Below the pieces are notes generated by a model. It saw only the letters and a program-made list of their open reading frames with translations. It was not told the DNA's origin and did not search any database. The position numbers and the translations under genes are program-made. From Nocardioidaceae bacterium (GTDB taxonomy: Bacteria; Actinomycetota; Actinomycetes; Propionibacteriales; Nocardioidaceae), in the NCBI GenBank assembly GCA_013361955.1, contig JABFXA010000207.1, forward strand, positions 1,942 through 65,941: DNA of 64,000 bases. Reading direction: 5' to 3'. This document shows positions 51,734 through 61,600 of the stretch, piece after piece. Numbering within the stretch: the stretch's first letter is position 1; each line of letters starts with the position of its first letter.

Positions 51734-52561
51734 ATGAGCGAGCAGAGGACCGACAAGCGACCGATCGTGCTCATCCATGGCTTGTGGATGACGCCCCGCA
51801 GCTGGGACCGCTGGGCGGAGTACTACCGCTCGAAAGGACACCAGGTCGTCACGCCTGCGTATCCCGGCTTCGAGATCGAGGTGGAGGCGCTGCGGGAGAA
51901 GCCCGAGGTGATCGCCGACGCAACCGTCCCCGACACGCTCGATCACCTCGTCGAGGTGGTCGAGGGCCTCGACGAACCGCCCATCCTGATGGGCCACTCC
52001 TTCGGCGGGACCTTCACGCAGCTCCTCGTCAACCGCGGCCTGGGTGCCGCGGCGGTGACGATCGACTCCGCGCCACCCGAGGGGGTGCGGGTCAACCCGC
52101 CGGCCCAGATCAAGTCGCTGCTCCCCATCCTGTCCAACCCCGCCAACCGGCACCGCGCCGTGGGCTTCACCAAGGAGCAGTTCCACTACGCGTTCGCCAA
52201 CACCTGCACTCGTGAGGAGTCCGACGCGGCCTACGACCGCCTGCACATCCCCGCACCCGGCAGCTGGGTGTGGGCGTACGGCCTGATCGCCAACTGGAAG
52301 CCCGGTCACCAGGACACCTGGGTGGACTACGACCTCGACGACCGCGCTCCCTTGCTGTTCATCATGGGCGGCAAGGACCACCTGATGCCCCCGTCGGTGA
52401 TCCGCTCGAACGCCAAGAAGTACCGCAACTCCGAGGCATTGACGGAGACCTACGAGTTCCCGGACCGCTCCCACTTCACCGGCGTCGAGCCCGGATGGGA
52501 ACAGGTGGCCGACTACGCGCTGGCCTGGGCCACCAGCCACGCGGGCATGCCCCGGCCCTGA
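51734..52561 (+). CDS. alpha/beta hydrolase
   Basis: LIHGLW, GHSFGG nucleophile elbow, GKDH, RSHF. Confidence 0.92.
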   Translation: MSEQRTDKRPIVLIHGLWMTPRSWDRWAEYYRSKGHQVVTPAYPGFEIEVEALREKPEVIADATVPDTLDHLVEVVEGLDEPPILMGHSFGGTFTQLLVNRGLGAAAVTIDSAPPEGVRVNPPAQIKSLLPILSNPANRHRAVGFTKEQFHYAFANTCTREESDAAYDRLHIPAPGSWVWAYGLIANWKPGHQDTWVDYDLDDRAPLLFIMGGKDHLMPPSVIRSNAKKYRNSEALTETYEFPDRSHFTGVEPGWEQVADYALAWATSHAGMPRP

Positions 52562-52883
52562 CCTGGATGGCGGACGCCGGCGCCGGGGCCCCACTCTCGT
52601 CCTTCGTCGAGGGCCCTAGGACGGCGCGTCAGCACCAAGAGCGCGGATCGCGGCGTGTGAGTGCGTTCCACGGCCTAAGGCGTGCCCGCCGCGCTCGCAC
52701 CCACGGGCGTGAGCGTGTCTCACCCGGAGGCAAGACTCGACGGGCACGCGCTGGCTGAGTACCCAGTAGGGAGCGAAGAACGCGTGCGATCCGCGACATG
52801 TGCGGACACTGGCCCTCGTGCCCAGTGCGGGATAGCGTGCACGGCCAACGGGCACCGTCGTCAGGCTTGGTGACAATACGAGC

Positions 52884-53972
52884 ATGCCGGCGACCTTGGA
52901 TGCTCAGTTCAGTCTCGACCTTCTCGTCAATGCTCAGTGCGCAAATGGAGCGCTACCGGCGAGCACGGTGCACGAGGTTTATCAGTTCGGGTGGTTGCGC
53001 GACGGATCCTGGTGCGCCTACGCCATGGATCGTGGTGGCCGGCCTGACGCTGCTGCCCGGTGGCACGACTGGGTGGCCGACACCCTGCTGCGTCATGAGC
53101 ACCGGGTGGACGAGGCGTTGAACGCTGTCGGCGCAGGAAAGGTCGATGGGCGGGTGATGATGCCGGCACGCTTCACGCTTGCTGGTGAGGAGGAGCCGGT
53201 CGCCCCCGCAGAGGAGTGGCCGAACTTCCAGACCGACTGTTACGGCTTCTGGCTCTGGGCCGCAACCGACCACGTCGTCCGCGCCGGAGGTCGCCCCGAT
53301 CCCACCGTTGAGCGTGCCATGCGTCTGGTCGTGCGGTACCTGCTGGGCGCCGGTGAGACACCCTGCTACGACTGCTGGGAGGAGTATCCGGGCCTGCTGC
53401 ACACATCGTCGCTGGCGGCGGTCTCGGCCGGGCTGCGTGATGCGGGCGAACTGCTTGGCGATGCTGCCGCACGTAGCTATGCCGAGACCATCCGACAACG
53501 GCTGCTGGGCGGCGAGTTCACCCTCGCGGAAGGATTCGTCAGGTCCGCCGGCGGGGACACCCGCGTGGACGGATCCCTGCTCTGGTTGAGCGTGCCGTTC
53601 GACCTTGTGCCAGTAGACAGCGACATCTTCCGGACCACCGTGAAAAGGATTCGAGAAGAGCTGCGCGCGCCCGGTGCCGGCGTCCGCCGCTACGTGGGCG
53701 ACTCCTTCTACGGCGGGAGTCAGTGGATCCTGTTGGCCGCGTCGTTGGGTCGGGTGGCCTTGGCCGAGGGGCAGGTCGATGAAGCCAGGGAGCTGCTGGC
53801 CTGGATTGAAGGAACGGCCACGAGCGACGGGTTTCTGCCTGAGCAGGTCGCCGTTGATGTGTACTCCCCGCACATGCTGGCGTTCTGGCGGGAGCGCTGG
53901 GGTGCAACCGCTACGCCGCTGCTCTGGTCGCATGCGATGCACCTCACCTTGTTGACGGAGCTCCGGTCATGA
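52884..53972 (+). CDS. GH15 (glucoamylase-like) glycoside hydrolase
   Basis: WLRDG, QTDCYG, DCWEE, LPEQ, PLLWSHA. Confidence 0.88.
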   Translation: MPATLDAQFSLDLLVNAQCANGALPASTVHEVYQFGWLRDGSWCAYAMDRGGRPDAAARWHDWVADTLLRHEHRVDEALNAVGAGKVDGRVMMPARFTLAGEEEPVAPAEEWPNFQTDCYGFWLWAATDHVVRAGGRPDPTVERAMRLVVRYLLGAGETPCYDCWEEYPGLLHTSSLAAVSAGLRDAGELLGDAAARSYAETIRQRLLGGEFTLAEGFVRSAGGDTRVDGSLLWLSVPFDLVPVDSDIFRTTVKRIREELRAPGAGVRRYVGDSFYGGSQWILLAASLGRVALAEGQVDEARELLAWIEGTATSDGFLPEQVAVDVYSPHMLAFWRERWGATATPLLWSHAMHLTLLTELRS

Positions 53973-54076
53973 CCTCGGGGTCCAGAACAGTCGGAGCCAT
54001 CCGCTCATCGGCAGCTCCGCCCGGCCGCAGCGCGCGGTATCCCCGGCATTCGAGACAACTGCTGGGCTCGTCGGCT

Positions 54077-54962
54077 TCAAGCAGTGAGTGGAAGCGTCCG
54101 TGAGACGGTGATGCTGTTCCGGGTGGTCACATAGCCGAGGTGTTCGTTGAGGCGACGCATCGGCGCGTTGCCGACTTGTGTCCACGTGTAGATCTCTTGC
54201 ACTCCGTGGTGAGCCGCCCAATGGAGGGTTCGGCGCTTGAGATGTGACGCGATGCCGTGGCCGCGCCAGCTGCGGCGGACTGCGGTCAACGCGTTCTCGG
54301 CGCGTTCGGGTCGGTCTGCATCGCGGTTGAGACCGGCACAGCCGATCACCTCGTCGTCGCTCAAGGCCAGGAACATCGGGTCGCCGTACCACGATGTCCT
54401 CCACTGCTCGGCGCTGATCTGCAGCGGCGTGTACAGCGCGAAGTCGGCAAGCACCTCCTGGCCGAACGTCTCGAAAGAGGCAGCCCACAGGTCAGGGCGT
54501 TCGCTTGCCTCGATCACGTCTACGCCGGCCGGCAGAGTGCCCGGGGCCGGCTCGTCGCCCACCACGCGTACCTGTTCGACCTCGCGGTCGACCTCGACGA
54601 ACCCGTACCGCTCTGCGAATGCCAGGGATCCGTCGTCGTCCACACCGGCCACGACCTTGGACAGGCCCAGGTCGCTGCAGTGCTCGGCCAGGACACGCAG
54701 GAGCGCTGACCCCATGCCCCTGCGGCGATGCTCGGGTCGGACGCGTGGGGCGACGAATCCCGCCCCGGTGGTGTCAGACCGGTCCGCGATGCCGGAACCC
54801 ACCACGTCACCGTCCGTGACTGCGAGCAGCAGCAGTCGATCCCCCGAGTCCTGCTCACGCATCTCCGCGACGGTGAGGCAGCGCTCCTCTGGCAAGACGG
54901 GCGAGCCGGACGGCTCGCCACGCTTCGTACTCCTCGTCGCTGCGGCAGACCACCAGCTGCAT
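54077..54962 (-). pseudogene. tandem GNAT acetyltransferase with a +1 frameshift near 54900
   Basis: MQLVVCRSDEEYEAWRAVRLA (from ATG 54962) continues as VLPEERCLTVAE in another frame; two GNAT motifs (RRRGMG, RGHGIA). Confidence 0.75.
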
Positions 54963-55371
54963 AGACGGCAATGTAGTCGGCCGACCAGCCCTTCCAGGGT
55001 CAGCACGACGCGCGCGCTCGGCTTGTTGATGTCGTCACCTCGTTCGCACCTGCACGATCGACCCCTGGGCTGTGCCCGAGCGGCCTCGGCACACGGGGGC
55101 GAGCCGGCGTGCGGGGCGCGGCGAGCGATCAGGCGAAGGTCTCAATCTGAGCTAGCTGTGGGAACCGCCCCGATCGACACCGACCACTACACCAACCTGC
55201 TCGCAGCCTCCGTCATCGAGACCGTCCGCTGGCGACGCGAGTACGAAGCCGCCAAGCACCAACATGCCGACCGACTCGGCGACGCCGGCGCCGCGTTCTC
55301 GGCCCGGTGGTCCCCGTCTGGTCCCCACCGTCCGAGCCTCGCGGTGGTACGACCGGCCCGTGGAGACGACA

Positions 55372-55406
55372 GAGGGGCCTGACCTGGACGTCCAGGTCGG
55401 ACCCTC
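55372..55406. terminator. hairpin directly downstream of the tRNA fragment
   Basis: Perfect palindrome gacctggacgtccaggtc (55381-55398) flanked by gaggg/ccctc. Confidence 0.6.
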
Positions 55407-55408
55407 GC

Positions 55409-55452
55409 GGTCGGGCTGACAGGATTTGAACCTGCGACCCCTTGACCCCCAG
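55409..55452 (-). other. 3' fragment of tRNA-Pro(GGG), probable att site (not an intact tRNA)
   Basis: Minus strand ctggggg-tcaag-gggtc-gcagg-ttcaaat-cctgt-cagcccg-acc: anticodon loop, T-arm and acceptor 3' strand; D-arm and 5' half absent. Confidence 0.9.
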
Positions 55453-55549
55453 AGACCCCATGAGCGTGATCTTGGGTGTGCACCAGTGTGTCTGGGTGGG
55501 CCCTGGCACGCTCAGCGGGCCGCTAGGGTCGGGGTCAGGCTGGGGCCGT

Positions 55550-55571
55550 TTGTGACACGTCTTGTGACACG
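55550..55571 (+). repeat. direct repeat TTGTGACACG x2, candidate integrase arm-type sites
   Basis: ttgtgacacg-tc-ttgtgacacg about 100 bp inside the att core. Confidence 0.55.
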
Positions 55572-55767
55572 CCGGCAGCACGTGACCATCCGACTGGCGG
55601 TCAGACCATGTCTGCGGATGACGAAGCTCAGGTTGTGGTTCTCGGCCGAGGCGCGTCGATGGCGGTGCGTCGGAGCTTGCGTCCGCAGCGTGTGCATCGG
55701 CGATGCCGGGGGTTGCAAGTCACGCCGTTTCGAACTGGGCTGGACGCCGCCTCCAGCAGCACGAGCC

Positions 55768-57420
55768 TCAGATCCCAAGCCTCTTGGCGACCTCGGCGCC
55801 CCCGCCTCTGCGCACCACCTCGGGGTCGCCCACGACGACGAGCTCATCGGTGGCCCGCGACATCCCGACGTACAGCCGCTCGCGCGACCGGTCACGGCTG
55901 CCGTCCTCGTTAACGCAGAGCACCACGGCGGGGGGCTCCAAGCCCTTGCACCCAAGGACATGTCCGTAGAAGACGTCGGCGTCGTCGAAGAACGTCACCC
56001 AGTACCCGTCTTGGTCATGGAAGTCGGTCCGCTCGACCTGCACGGGGTGGCCGCGGCCCGTGGTCAGGAGGCAGACGCTCCCGGCTTTCCATCCGGCGTC
56101 GAGCAGTCCGTCGACCTCATCGTCCGCCGTCGCGATGGCGTCCTCGGTAGTGCAGGGCACGAAGCGCACCGCGGGCCCATCGCCGCCCCGCGCGTACATC
56201 CGGCTCGGCGCGAGCGGGCCGAAGGTCTGGTGGATCTGACGGGTGTTGCGCAGATTGTGGTCCAGCACCAGCGGCACCAGCTGCACCGGCGGGCGTCCAA
56301 AGCGGGCGAAGATCCGCTGGTTCTCGTCGGAGAAGACGTAGAGCCCTCCGGCAGTCTCATCCTTCAACGCCCGCAGCACCGGCCGCCACCAGGACTCCGC
56401 GAAGTCCTGCGCCTCGTCGACCACCACCGAGTCGTAGCGCTTGCCCTCCGGCAAGTCCTCGGCCAAGCGCGCCATGATGTCGGGAAGCTCAGACTCCCAA
56501 AACTCGCTGTTGGTGCGGTCCCCGTCTGGCGCGCCCCACTGACGACCGAACTCGTGGAAGGTGCCCACGAACGCAGGGCGGTCCTTGCGGTGCCAGGTCG
56601 CCACCTGACGCTTCAGATGCTCCGCGAGCCCGATCGAGTAGCAAAGCAGCGCGACGCGCTCCGACCTCCGGTCCGCACGTCCCCGAGTCAGCTCCTTGGC
56701 CTGCTGCAGGGCTAGGACGGTCTTGCCGCTCCCCGCACCGCCGCGGACCTCGACTCGGTTCAGCAACCGCGTGACCTTGAGGATCATCGCCTGCTCCTGG
56801 GTGAGCCGGTCTGCCGTCGACGCCCGCTCGGCCGCCTCGGCGTTGACGTCGTACGCCGTGGGCAGGCGCCCGGTCAGGATGTCGCCGATCGTCTCTACGT
56901 CCTCGTGCGTCGGGGCCTGCTTCCCCTGTCGCGCCCTGGCGGCGTTCTCGCGGATCCGCGCCGGCAGGTCGCCCTGGTCGTGCCGGTCGTGCAGCGACCA
57001 TCGCGGGCAGTCTGGTCCCGCGTCCTGGTCCGGGAACTCCGAGAAGGGGATGACCACGGCATGGCCCCACGCAATGTGGTTCCGATTGTTCCACCGGGGA
57101 TCGTGCGCCACGTAGTCGCGGAGCGCGTACTTCGTGGTGCGCACCTGCTGGACCGGGTCGATCTGCCTGGAGCGACCTCGGTGCTGCTGCCACCACCCCT
57201 GCTCGTCGCGCCAGACGCTGCCGCCCTTGACCTCCACCACGACCGCACCTACCTCCGGCATCAACACGACGAGGTCCGCTTCGTGGTCCTTGACCTCGTC
57301 GGTCAGCCGCAGGTTCGCGATGAGCACGTCGTCTGGACCGAGTCCGTCGCGCATCCGCTCCCACACCTCGCGCTCCGACGCGGTGGTAAACACGGGGTCG
57401 TCGGGAATCAGCCGCACCAT
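55768..57420 (-). CDS. NERD nuclease fused to SF1 (UvrD-like) helicase/ATPase (550 aa)
   Basis: HEADLVVL...VEVKGG; GGAGSGKT; VVDEAQD; NLRN; KGLE; LYVGMSRA. Confidence 0.9.
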   Translation of the reverse strand: MVRLIPDDPVFTTASEREVWERMRDGLGPDDVLIANLRLTDEVKDHEADLVVLMPEVGAVVVEVKGGSVWRDEQGWWQQHRGRSRQIDPVQQVRTTKYALRDYVAHDPRWNNRNHIAWGHAVVIPFSEFPDQDAGPDCPRWSLHDRHDQGDLPARIRENAARARQGKQAPTHEDVETIGDILTGRLPTAYDVNAEAAERASTADRLTQEQAMILKVTRLLNRVEVRGGAGSGKTVLALQQAKELTRGRADRRSERVALLCYSIGLAEHLKRQVATWHRKDRPAFVGTFHEFGRQWGAPDGDRTNSEFWESELPDIMARLAEDLPEGKRYDSVVVDEAQDFAESWWRPVLRALKDETAGGLYVFSDENQRIFARFGRPPVQLVPLVLDHNLRNTRQIHQTFGPLAPSRMYARGGDGPAVRFVPCTTEDAIATADDEVDGLLDAGWKAGSVCLLTTGRGHPVQVERTDFHDQDGYWVTFFDDADVFYGHVLGCKGLEPPAVVLCVNEDGSRDRSRERLYVGMSRATDELVVVGDPEVVRRGGGAEVAKRLGI

Positions 57421-57606
57421 GCCCAGCACCCTGCCACGCGGCGCCGGCCGCGACAGCCGAACTCCAGCGTTGCCCCGGCACACCACGGGTCGAACCGGGC
57501 CGGTGTGTGCGAGGAATCCGACCGTTCGCTCCGGAGGGCCGCGCCGCGGGTGCGCTGCTGGTTCCCCACGATTCGAGGCAGGAGCGCGGCAAGCAGCGAC
57601 CACGAC

Positions 57607-58671
57607 CTAGCCGGCGGCACCGCCCGGCAGCCGGATCTCGGAGTTCCACCGCATCCTCATCGTGTCCGGGCCGGCCGGGACGAGGTCGAGGACGGCCACC
57701 TCATCCCCCGGCGTCGGTGTTGAGCATCCCTGAACGGTTACGATTCTGATCAGCTCCGGCCCACCGGCCTCGATCTTGAAGGACCGGCTGTCAGGCTGCT
57801 CCGCGACGATGCCCCGCAAGTCGCGCTCTGACGTCGCATCCGAGGCCCAGTACGGCCAGCACACCGTCCGGAACGCGCATGTCCGGCACGCCGTCTGTGC
57901 GGGATTCGCGGGGACGTTTCCAGCAGCGACGGCGTCGTTGAACCCAGCGATCGCCTGCTGGGCCTCCTGCACCGCGCTGCTCACGGCCACGCTGTCGATC
58001 TGGAACGACGTCTCGTTTCCGGTGGCGGACTCGATGACGCCGACGGCGGGCAGTTGGCCGCAGGCGGCATCCACCAGGTGCGCGTACAGCAGGAGCTGGC
58101 GGCGCTGACCAGGCTGGACGCCTGCCTGGTGGACCCCGGACTTGAGGTCGATGACGCGCAATTGGCCGTCCCGCACCTCAACCCGGTCGGGGGTGCCGAA
58201 CACGCCGGCGTCTGGGTCCTTCAACTTCCGTTCGATCCAGGGGAAACCGGGTGCGTGCTCCGGAGCGGCCGCCGAAGCCGGAGCAAGGTCCGGCCAGGTC
58301 GCCGACAGCTTCCGGAGCGTGCGGACCCGAGTTGCCACCAGACCGTCCCACTGAGCGACCGGGGGCACCGGCCGACCGGGCCAGGCCTTGGCGACCTTCC
58401 GCACCTGCTCGGCGAGGAGGCCCTCCCACTCCGCTTCGAGCCAGGATCGTCGGTCCTGACCGACTGGTGGGTGCTTTGTCGCGGCGATCTCGTGCAGGCC
58501 GTGGGCCACGACGCCCAAGGCGGTCCGCGGGCTCGGCTTGCTGAGGCCCCGGGTCGAGGGGTCACGCTGGTAGGCGAGCTTGCGGGGACAGCGCTCGTAT
58601 GCGTTCAGCGCGCTCGGCGAGACCATCTCAAGCGGGTCCGCCGCCGGGGGAACCCAGGCCAGAAGGGTCAT
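57607..58671 (-). CDS. PD-(D/E)XK RecB/Cas4-like nuclease with four conserved Cys (354 aa)
   Basis: SPSAL..YERCPR, G...H, GTPDRV...VIDLKSG, QLLLYA, CRTCAFRTVC; ATGA overlap with the helicase stop. Confidence 0.88.
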   Translation of the reverse strand: MTLLAWVPPAADPLEMVSPSALNAYERCPRKLAYQRDPSTRGLSKPSPRTALGVVAHGLHEIAATKHPPVGQDRRSWLEAEWEGLLAEQVRKVAKAWPGRPVPPVAQWDGLVATRVRTLRKLSATWPDLAPASAAAPEHAPGFPWIERKLKDPDAGVFGTPDRVEVRDGQLRVIDLKSGVHQAGVQPGQRRQLLLYAHLVDAACGQLPAVGVIESATGNETSFQIDSVAVSSAVQEAQQAIAGFNDAVAAGNVPANPAQTACRTCAFRTVCWPYWASDATSERDLRGIVAEQPDSRSFKIEAGGPELIRIVTVQGCSTPTPGDEVAVLDLVPAGPDTMRMRWNSEIRLPGGAAG

Positions 58672-61600
58672 GCCAGCCGCCGGATCAGGCCGATCGGGCG
58701 CCGCAGCGCCTCGAACACGTCGCTCTGGGCAACCGAGGAGGACATTCCCGCAAGCTCGTCTAGCGCGGTGATCTGCTCCTCGACGGCGCGGTCCTCCGAC
58801 CGCCACCACAGCGGGTGTCCCACCAAGACGGATTTGCCGGTCCCGGTGTTGTGGAGGTAGGAGATGCCGTCGGTGGTGGCGCCGGCCTTCAGGCTGATCA
58901 GGCCGGTCGCGGCAATCCCTTCGGCGGCGCGCTGGCCGAGTTCCATCCACCGGGCCAGTGCGAGCGGCTCGTCGGCAAGCAGGTCGAGCATGTCGAGGGC
59001 AAGGCGCCAGTCCAGCAGTCCGTGCAGCCGGCTGTTGTCGTAGGACCGCAGACAGTCCAGGCAGGAGGAATTGCAGTCCGCGTGCGCCTTCTCGGACCAC
59101 CGGTCGCGCAGCGACAGCCGAGTGTCGGAGAGCATCCGCTCGAAGTTGTGCTCGGCCCCGATCTCCGCGGCATAGCCGGCGCCGTTGTCCAGCGCATCGG
59201 CGAGGAAGACCTGCATCGAGCCGTCACCTTGCGGGTGCAGGCCGAAGACCAGCTCTTGCGGATCGATATCGAGCAGCTGTTTCGCCCCGCGACGCAGCAC
59301 CTCGGCCAGGGAGCGGTAGGCGGCCAGCCCTGCCGGCACCTTCTCCGGCGAGTAGGGGACCAGACCACCGGGCGCGTGCGCGCCGTTGAGCCCGACCGTC
59401 AGCGCGTCGGTGGTGCGCAGTTCGCCGATCGCGATCTGCCTGGAGCCGACAAGGCTGTTAGGGGGCCAGGCCTTGAGGTCCGCGAAGAGCTCGGGGTCTG
59501 CCGCCAGCCACGACCCGTAGTCCTGGCCGATGTCGAAGAGCCTCCCGTTGTTGTCGTTGACCTGGACCAGCCGTGCCTGACCGTAGCTGCTGAGTCGGGC
59601 TCCGCGAACCGTCGCGTCCGTGTCCGGGTCGCCGTCAACTGAGATCGTCTGCGAGCCCGCGTTGGCGGACTGGTCCTCGTCGCCGTCGTAGTCAACCTCC
59701 TGGTAGGTGGTCCTGAACCCGCGAGGCTGGTGCATCGGGACGATCCGAAGGCCGGAGAGACAGATCGAGCACACTGGCTCGACGGCGTCCACGATGCAGG
59801 CGCCACACTCGTCGCACAGCCCGATGAGGATCTCGGGGCCGAGCGGGTCGACCGGCTTCATCCCCTTGTAGTCGGGCGTCCAGTCCGCGAAGCCCGCCAC
59901 GGTGTGCACGGCACCGTCCCGGACGATCTTGGCGCCGGGCGCGCACCTCGACCCCGCCTGGCTCAGGGGCCGGTCCGAGACCGTCACCCCGTCGAGGTCC
60001 TCCAACTTGGACGGACGCTTCCGAACCAGCCGGCGTACGCGGGTCGGGAAGCCGAACATGGGCAGGACGCCGTAGGTCGCCAGCAGCTCGCTGAGCTCGT
60101 CGGTCAGCCCGGAGTCGCGGGCCACCGCCGCATCGATGTCGGCAACGAGGCCGCCGGTGGCTAGCCAGTCACGGATCGCTGTGACCGCAGCCGGTTCGAG
60201 CCCGGTGAAGGCGCAGAACCGCTCGACCACCTGACCCAGCGCGGGCGAGGCAAGTGCGGTGGCGATCTCCGCGCGTCGGTCAGGCCATCCAGAGCTGGGC
60301 CCGAAGACGCCGTGGATGCTGTTGGCGGTCCACTCCGGCGGCTCACCGAGCGACTGGAACGCCAGCCGGAGCGCTTCGGCTGCGACCACCCGGCGCACGA
60401 TGCTAACTCGATTGAGGTCGAGGAACGGCTGCGGCGGGTCGTCGCCGGTCATCCTGCGGGGCGCACGGAAGTAGTCGTCGTCGTGCGATCGGTCCCGGCA
60501 GACCGTCACCGCGTAGGAGAAGATCTGTCCAGACCGGCCGGCGCGGCCCACGCGTTGCTGGTAGTTGAACCGTTGCGGAGGCATGTTGGCCATGACCGTG
60601 GAGCGGAGCGAGCCGATGTCGACTCCGACCTCCATCGTGGTGGTCACGCTCAGCACGTCGAGCGGCACCGTCAGTGCGTTCTCGGCGGGGGCCGGCAGCA
60701 GCACCTCCTTGAACACCCGCGCTCGGCGGCGCTGTTCGCTCAATGGCTTGGTCTGACCGGTGAGCTCGGCAGCGGCGAGGCGCCGCGGCTGCTGGCGTGA
60801 TAGCCAGCCGTAGTAGTCGCCCTCGTCGTCGGTCGCGTCGGCGTCCACCTTGACCAGCGCTGGGCGGTTGCAGCCGACGTTGGCGCAGACGCCCGCCGCG
60901 GCGTGCCCGTGCATGAACCCGCAGACGTCGCAGCGCCAGCGTTCGGTGCCGAGCGGGACCAGTGTCAGTGGCGATGAGAGGGAGGCGAGGTCCAGGAGCC
61001 AGTCGCTGGCGATCCCAGTCGACTTCAGGAGGCGTTTGACGTCGTCGGTGACGTCGCCGAGGTCCAGGCCGTGCACCTCGGCGATCGTCTTGAGGTAGCC
61101 GGCCACGCTCCGCGGGACGTTGGTGGATGGCTTGGCGTCGGTGCCGGCCCACCGGTTGCGGATGCCCAGTATCCGGATCACTGCCGCCAGAATCTGGTCC
61201 CGGACGGTGGGGTCGTGGACGATCCCCGAGGATGCCGGCGGCGCCGCGAAGTACGCGATGCCGACGGACTCCAGATCCCGTCCCGCCCTGCCGAAGAGGC
61301 CGCCGGCAAGTGCCTGCACCAGCTTCTCGGCCTGCATCGCTGCCTGCGTCTCCCGAGGGCCGCCGAGCGGAAGCGGCATCCATAGGTCGGGAGCCGGAGG
61401 CGCGAACGCCTTCCACCAGGGACTGGCGTCCTGGTTGACGGCCGCTGACGGCCCGGTGCCACCGGGCGGGATCCCGAGCCGGACCAGCCGGTCGCAGATC
61501 TCGTGCCGCAGCTCGGGCCAGCCGATCCGGACCTCCTCGTCGGCGACGAACGCAGCCTCGACCGCCTCCTGCTCTGTGTCGTCGAGTGGCACATACGCCT

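Noticed and set aside
55140-55370. Transposase or integrase remnant beside the att site
   Set aside because: Short coding-like stretch (TDHYTNLLAASVIETVRWRREYE) with no catalytic motif I can assign.
55409-55452. Functional tRNA-Pro gene
   Set aside because: The 5' acceptor strand, D-arm and 5' anticodon stem are missing; only the 3' 44 nt are present.
57607-58671. CRISPR-associated cas4
   Set aside because: The Cas4-like fold is shared by many stand-alone PD-(D/E)XK nucleases; there is no array or other cas gene, and it is coupled to a DUF1998 helicase.
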